From Gemmatimonadaceae bacterium (GTDB lineage: Bacteria > Gemmatimonadota > Gemmatimonadetes > Gemmatimonadales > Gemmatimonadaceae), in the NCBI GenBank assembly GCA_044224875.1, contig JBGAJQ010000007.1, positions 32,001 to 96,000 of the forward strand: a DNA stretch of 64,000 nucleotides, written 5' to 3'. Below, piece by piece: positions 59,394-64,000 of the stretch (positions are counted from its first letter, which is position 1; each line of letters starts with the position of its first letter). Made by a program: the position numbers and the translations under genes. Below the pieces are notes generated by a model. It saw only the letters and a program-made list of their open reading frames with translations, made no database searches and was not told the origin of the DNA.

Positions 59394-62291
59394 GTGACCA
59401 GCGATCCGCGTTCGTCACACGAAGCCCACAACCCGCCTGCTGGCGAGCGCACGCGCGATGCGCGCTTCGAGGCGTTGTGCGACAGCATCTCCGACGTCAT
59501 CGTGGAAATCGCCGCGGACAGCACGATCCTGTCCGTGAACAGCTCGTGTGAAGCGATGTTCGGTTACACACGCGCGGAGTTGATTGGACAGCCCCTGCAG
59601 CAGCTCATGCCGGAGCGACTGCGCGAGCTGCATCACGCCGGGATCGAACGATACCTCGTCAGCGGCACCCCTCGAATTTCGTGGAGTAGCGTGCGGCTCG
59701 AGGCGAGACATCGTTCCGGGCGCGAGTTTCCCGTTGAAGTATCATTTGGCGCGTATCGGGTTGGACCGGACCACCGCTTTGCCGGCGTGATTCGTGACGT
59801 TTCGGCGCGGGAGTTGGCCGAAGTCGCGCGGCGGGAGCGCGACGAGCGCCTGTTCGATGTGTTCCGAGCCAGCCCGGTGGGCATGGCCATCACGCGCTTG
59901 CACGACAGGACCTTCCTCGACGTGAACGCCGAGTTCACTCGCCTCACGGGTTGGGCGCGAGAAGACATCGTTGGGAAGACCGTCGGCGAAGCCGGACTGC
60001 TCGACAGCGCAACGTCCGAGGCACTTCGAAACAAGCGCATGGCGGTGGGCACGCTGCACGGCGAGGAAGTCACCATACGCACCCGCGAGGGCACGACGTG
60101 CGCGCTTCTCCTGAGCACCGAGCTCATCACGCTCCAAGGCGAGGCGGCATCCATTACGACGTTTACCGACATCACGCGACGTCGCGAGGCCGAGGAGAGG
60201 CTTCAGCGGTTGAACAGAACCTACGCGGTACTGAGCGACATCAACCAGCTGATCGTTCGAGAGCGCGAGCCGCAGGCGTTGTTCGAGGGGGCGTGCCAGA
60301 TCGCCGTTACGAAGGGTGGCTTCGCCCTTGCCTGGGTTGGCTTGCGAAGTGCCAGTGGGCGGTTGACGCTGACGGCACAGGCGGGAGCCAGCGTGGACAC
60401 CGTCGAGATCCTCCAGTATCTCCTGCGTGACCCGGTGCCTGAGTGTGCCTTTACGGCTCGAGCCGTCGCCACGCGCGAGGCCGCGTCCTGCAACGACATC
60501 GAGCACGATCCGCTCGCCACGCTCTGGCGGGAGGCTGCCCTCGAGCGCGGCTACCGATCGATGATTTCTCTACCGATTGTTCTGCTTGGCAACACAATCG
60601 GAACCTTGAATCTCTACGCGACCGCGCGCGACTTCTTCGATGCCGATGAGTTGAGGCTGCTCACCGAGTTGGCGAGCGATATCGGGTTTGCCCTGGAGGG
60701 ATTTGAGCGCGAACGCGAGCGACTGAAGGCCCTGGACGATCTCAGCGCTAGTCAGACGGAGCAACGAAAGAACGAAGAGCAGTTCAGGCTGTTGATTGAA
60801 AGCGCGTCCGACCTGATCGGTGTGATCAATCATGCAGGCGTGATCCGATTTGTCAGTCCGTCCGCGCAGACGTCGCTGGGCTACGAGCCTGGCGAACTCT
60901 CCGGCCAGCGCCTCTTTGAGCTGGTGCATCCAGACGATCGCTCGCTCGTGCAGGCATTTGTCGGGCGGGCCGTCGCGACGCCGGGCGTGACCGTCACCGA
61001 GGAGTTTCGGATTCGCCATCGGGAGGAGGATTGGCGCATCCTGCAATGCCGAGGACGGAGTATCCCGCATCGAGAGCCTGAGGGGTACCTGGTGCTGAAT
61101 GCGCGCGACATCACGGAGAGTCGCCTCCTCGAGGAGCAGTTCCGGCAGGCACAGAAGATGGAGGCCATTGGACAACTCGCTGGAGGTGTGGCGCACGACT
61201 TCAACAACATCCTGGCCGTGGTCATGATGCAGGCGGAACTGACGTCCACCACCCCCCAGCTCCCTGACGCGGCGCGGGAAGGGATCCGGGAGATTGGCGT
61301 GGCGGCGGAGCGGGCGGCGAAGCTCACCCGCCAGCTGTTACAGGTGAGTCGCCGACAAGTCATGCAGCCACGCGTGGTGGACGCCAACGCGGTGGTCACG
61401 GCCATGACGTCGATGCTGCAGCGAGTGCTTGGCGAGGATATCCAGCTGCAACTCCACTTGCACCCGGGGCCGCTTCCCACCCGCGCTGACTCGGCGATGT
61501 TGGACCAGGCGCTGTTGAACCTGGTCATCAACGCGCGCGATGCGATGCCAGGCGGCGGACGGTTGATCGTGGCCACCGACGAGCGCACGTTGGCTTCGGG
61601 CGACATCCGGTCGATTCCCGACGCCGCGCCGGGCAACTACGTGACGATTCGCGTGACCGACACAGGACGAGGAATCGCACCCAAGGACCTGTCGCGCGTC
61701 TTCGATCCGTTCTTCACGACCAAGGAGCCCGGGAAGGGAACAGGGCTGGGCTTGGCGACCGTGTTTGGAATTGTGAAGCAACACGCTGGCGCGTTGCGCG
61801 TGGAGAGCGTAGTCGGTCGTGGATCCATGTTCGAGGTGATGCTGCCGAAAGCCGCCGGCCACGTGCCATCGAAAGAGGAGACGACCGCCGTCCTCCCGTG
61901 GGTGGGCGGCACAGAGACAGTGCTCGTCGTGGAAGACGAACCCGCCGTGCGCCTTTCCACGCGCTCCGTACTGGAACAGCAAGGGTATCGCGTGCTGGAA
62001 GCGGCCAACGGCCCCGAAGCACTCAAGCTTTGGGAACATCAAGCCGGGGAAGTCGAGCTGCTGGTGACGGACATCGTCATGCCCGGCGGGATTACGGGAA
62101 GAGACCTGGCGGCTCGGCTGCGAGAGCGGCAGCCAGGCCTTCGGGTGATCTTCAGCAGCGGTTACAGTGCCGAAACCGTTGGGGGCGACCTGCTAGCTCA
62201 GGGGACCCAACACTTCCTCCAGAAGCCGTACCCACCACAGGAACTGTTGCGTGCCGTGCGGCGGTGTCTGGATGAGCCCAGCCCGGGCTGA
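59394..62291 (+). CDS. Hybrid sensor histidine kinase (PAS-PAS-GAF-PAS-HisKA-HATPase-REC)
   Basis: FixL-like first PAS (LMPE..H..Y), GAF, LAGGVAHDFNN, GTGLGL, TDIVMP, FLQKP. Confidence 0.93.
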   Translation: MTSDPRSSHEAHNPPAGERTRDARFEALCDSISDVIVEIAADSTILSVNSSCEAMFGYTRAELIGQPLQQLMPERLRELHHAGIERYLVSGTPRISWSSVRLEARHRSGREFPVEVSFGAYRVGPDHRFAGVIRDVSARELAEVARRERDERLFDVFRASPVGMAITRLHDRTFLDVNAEFTRLTGWAREDIVGKTVGEAGLLDSATSEALRNKRMAVGTLHGEEVTIRTREGTTCALLLSTELITLQGEAASITTFTDITRRREAEERLQRLNRTYAVLSDINQLIVREREPQALFEGACQIAVTKGGFALAWVGLRSASGRLTLTAQAGASVDTVEILQYLLRDPVPECAFTARAVATREAASCNDIEHDPLATLWREAALERGYRSMISLPIVLLGNTIGTLNLYATARDFFDADELRLLTELASDIGFALEGFERERERLKALDDLSASQTEQRKNEEQFRLLIESASDLIGVINHAGVIRFVSPSAQTSLGYEPGELSGQRLFELVHPDDRSLVQAFVGRAVATPGVTVTEEFRIRHREEDWRILQCRGRSIPHREPEGYLVLNARDITESRLLEEQFRQAQKMEAIGQLAGGVAHDFNNILAVVMMQAELTSTTPQLPDAAREGIREIGVAAERAAKLTRQLLQVSRRQVMQPRVVDANAVVTAMTSMLQRVLGEDIQLQLHLHPGPLPTRADSAMLDQALLNLVINARDAMPGGGRLIVATDERTLASGDIRSIPDAAPGNYVTIRVTDTGRGIAPKDLSRVFDPFFTTKEPGKGTGLGLATVFGIVKQHAGALRVESVVGRGSMFEVMLPKAAGHVPSKEETTAVLPWVGGTETVLVVEDEPAVRLSTRSVLEQQGYRVLEAANGPEALKLWEHQAGEVELLVTDIVMPGGITGRDLAARLRERQPGLRVIFSSGYSAETVGGDLLAQGTQHFLQKPYPPQELLRAVRRCLDEPSPG

Positions 62292-62472
62292 GAGTCAGAG
62301 AAGCGCCGGCTCGAGGCGGCGGCAGCGACTTTGGCGGCAACGCTGAGAATCGGTGTAGGGTGAGAAGGACCGCGTCCGCCTAAACCGACGGCGTGCCGTC
62401 ACGAAAACCACACGGTGTGGCGGTCCGGGGACCAGTTGAGCGTTAGGCACACCGCCTGCTAAGATTGTTGCG

Positions 62473-63535
62473 ATGCCTGGTCTCCTGACGCTTCGTGCGG
62501 GTCCCGATGCCCTGAAGGTCCTCCGCACGCGTGGGCTGGTCGCGTCGGACATCGATATACTGCCCGGCGCGCGGGAGGCGCGAAGTGGCTGGTGATCGGG
62601 GACTGGACCAGTACCTGTTCGGAGAGTTCCTCCAGACGCCGCGAGACCGCCCGCTGCACCTGATCGGATCGTCGATCGGGAGTTGGCGCATGGCCTGTCT
62701 GGCCCAGCGGGATCCACTGGCGGCATTGGCCCGCGGCCATCACGCCTACATCTACGAGCAACGCTACTCAAGGAAGCCGGCGCCAGACGAAGTGACGCGG
62801 GTACTGACGCGGGCGTTGGACCTGTTGTTAGGCGAACGGGGCGTGGATGAGATCCTGACGCATCCGTGGGCGCGTCTGCACATCATCACGGCCGCTGCCC
62901 GGGGTCTTCTGGCTTCGCGCCATCGCCTCCCGTTGACGACGGGCCTATTGTTGACGGTGGCGGGCAATCTGGTCGGGCGCCACCGCCTGTCTCGTCGCCT
63001 CGAACGCGTCATCTTCGATGCGGCTGGCGACGAATCGCCATTTCGCTCCTTGGCCGACCTGCCGACATCGCACGAGCGACTAACCCGTGACAACCTCCGT
63101 GCGGCGCTGCTGGCCTCGGGTTCGATCCCCTTGCTCATGGAGGGGGTTCGGATTCCCACCGATCCGCACCGGCTCTACTGGGATGGCGGCATCCTAGACT
63201 ACCACCCCGACCTGGATTTCGGTCAAGGCGATGGGCTGGTCCTCTACCCGCACTTCTATGAGCACGTCATTCCCGGGTGGTTCGACAAGTCACTGCCTTG
63301 GCGGCGTGCCAGTGGCGAGAACTTTCGACGGGCGCTGCTGATTGCGCCGTCGGCGGCGTTTGTGCGGTCACTGCCTGGCGGCAAGATTCCCGACCGGCAG
63401 GACTTCTACGACTTCCCGAATGAGGAGCGCATGTCGCGGTGGCAGCGCGTGCTTGACGCCAGCCGTGCTCTTGGCGACGAGCTGCGTGAGTTGGTGCTGA
63501 CGGGAAGGCTTGTGGACCGCGTCATTCCCTGGTGA
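62473..63535 (+). pseudogene. Patatin-like phospholipase with two apparent single-base deletions near 62570-62602
   Basis: ATG 62473 gives LTLRAGP..ILPGA, a second frame gives GGAKWLVIG, a third gives GLD..GSSIGSWR..ASGSIP..DGGILDYH. Confidence 0.75.
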
Positions 63536-64000
63536 GGGTGTCGCGGGGCGCCCGATCGCGTCGCTGCACGATTCGCGAGAGGAGCTGACGGGGCACGGTG
63601 TACGCCGGCGGCTTCCATCCGCTCCGCTCGATCGGCGACAGTCCGCCATCGGCCGGCCGGAGGGCGACGGATACGTCATCGGGAGCACGGCATCCGCGGC
63701 CGTGATCACCTTCTCCCAGTTCTGTCCGATGCCGACATCGTCGTCCAGGTGCGTGACCAGCCCAAACACGTCCGCCGTCACCGGTGCCTCGAAGGCGCGC
63801 AGTTGCTCCTTGGAGTACAGGATGAAGTCGCGGATGTTCTCGGCGTGCGGAACGTTGTTGCTGCCGGGGTACGTCATGACCGTCCGCATGCGTGCCGTGA
63901 CGTCGGGAAAGCGGACGTAGTCCCACTGCAACTCGGAGAAGCCCATCTCCAGCGCCTCGCGGGCGATCGCGATGTTGTAGTCCCACACGCGGTGGTCGTA
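63522..64000 (-). pseudogene. Putative glycoside hydrolase (DUF4015-like), 3' part; 5' end outside the window; apparent internal deletion near 63665
   Basis: YNIAIARE..GFSELQWDYVRFPD..ADVFG..IGQNWE..PMTYPS, then the frame switches to ALRPADGG..TRE*. Confidence 0.65.

Overview
GC-rich (about two-thirds G+C by eye), gene-dense bacterial chromosome segment. Gene content and order suggest Gemmatimonadota (inference, not a database result). 1-46 kb is mostly core-like: ypdA fragment, glyQS, a tightly coupled cluster (degenerate histidine kinase, small protein, ubiquitin-like protein, MoxR, DUF58, BatA, DUF4159, HDAC), orphan GvpL/F, Ser/Thr kinase, priA, TIGR00300 enzyme, fur, ccdA, ABC exporter, a Cyc2-like cytochrome-porin plus cytochrome c, ggt, murQ-anmK-nagZ, an Omp85 fusion, PP2C/FHA, amidase and nrdJ. 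46-64 kb looks more accessory: LytS/LytTR plus DUF1624, two multi-PAS hybrid kinases, lipoproteins, a family-B DNA polymerase and a patatin-like gene. I found no rRNA, tRNA, CRISPR array or transposase. Main findings: (1) the non-palindromic word (C)GTTAGGC/GCCTAAC(G) occurs at least 35 times by manual count, in both orientations and several reading frames, using otherwise rare codons, and is absent from a 12-kb accessory stretch; (2) a ubiquitin-like gene overlaps the start of a MoxR/VWA operon led by a probable pseudo-histidine kinase; (3) a Cyc2-type putative iron oxidase sits next to a partner cytochrome. Several frameshifts and internal deletions suggest sequencing or assembly errors.
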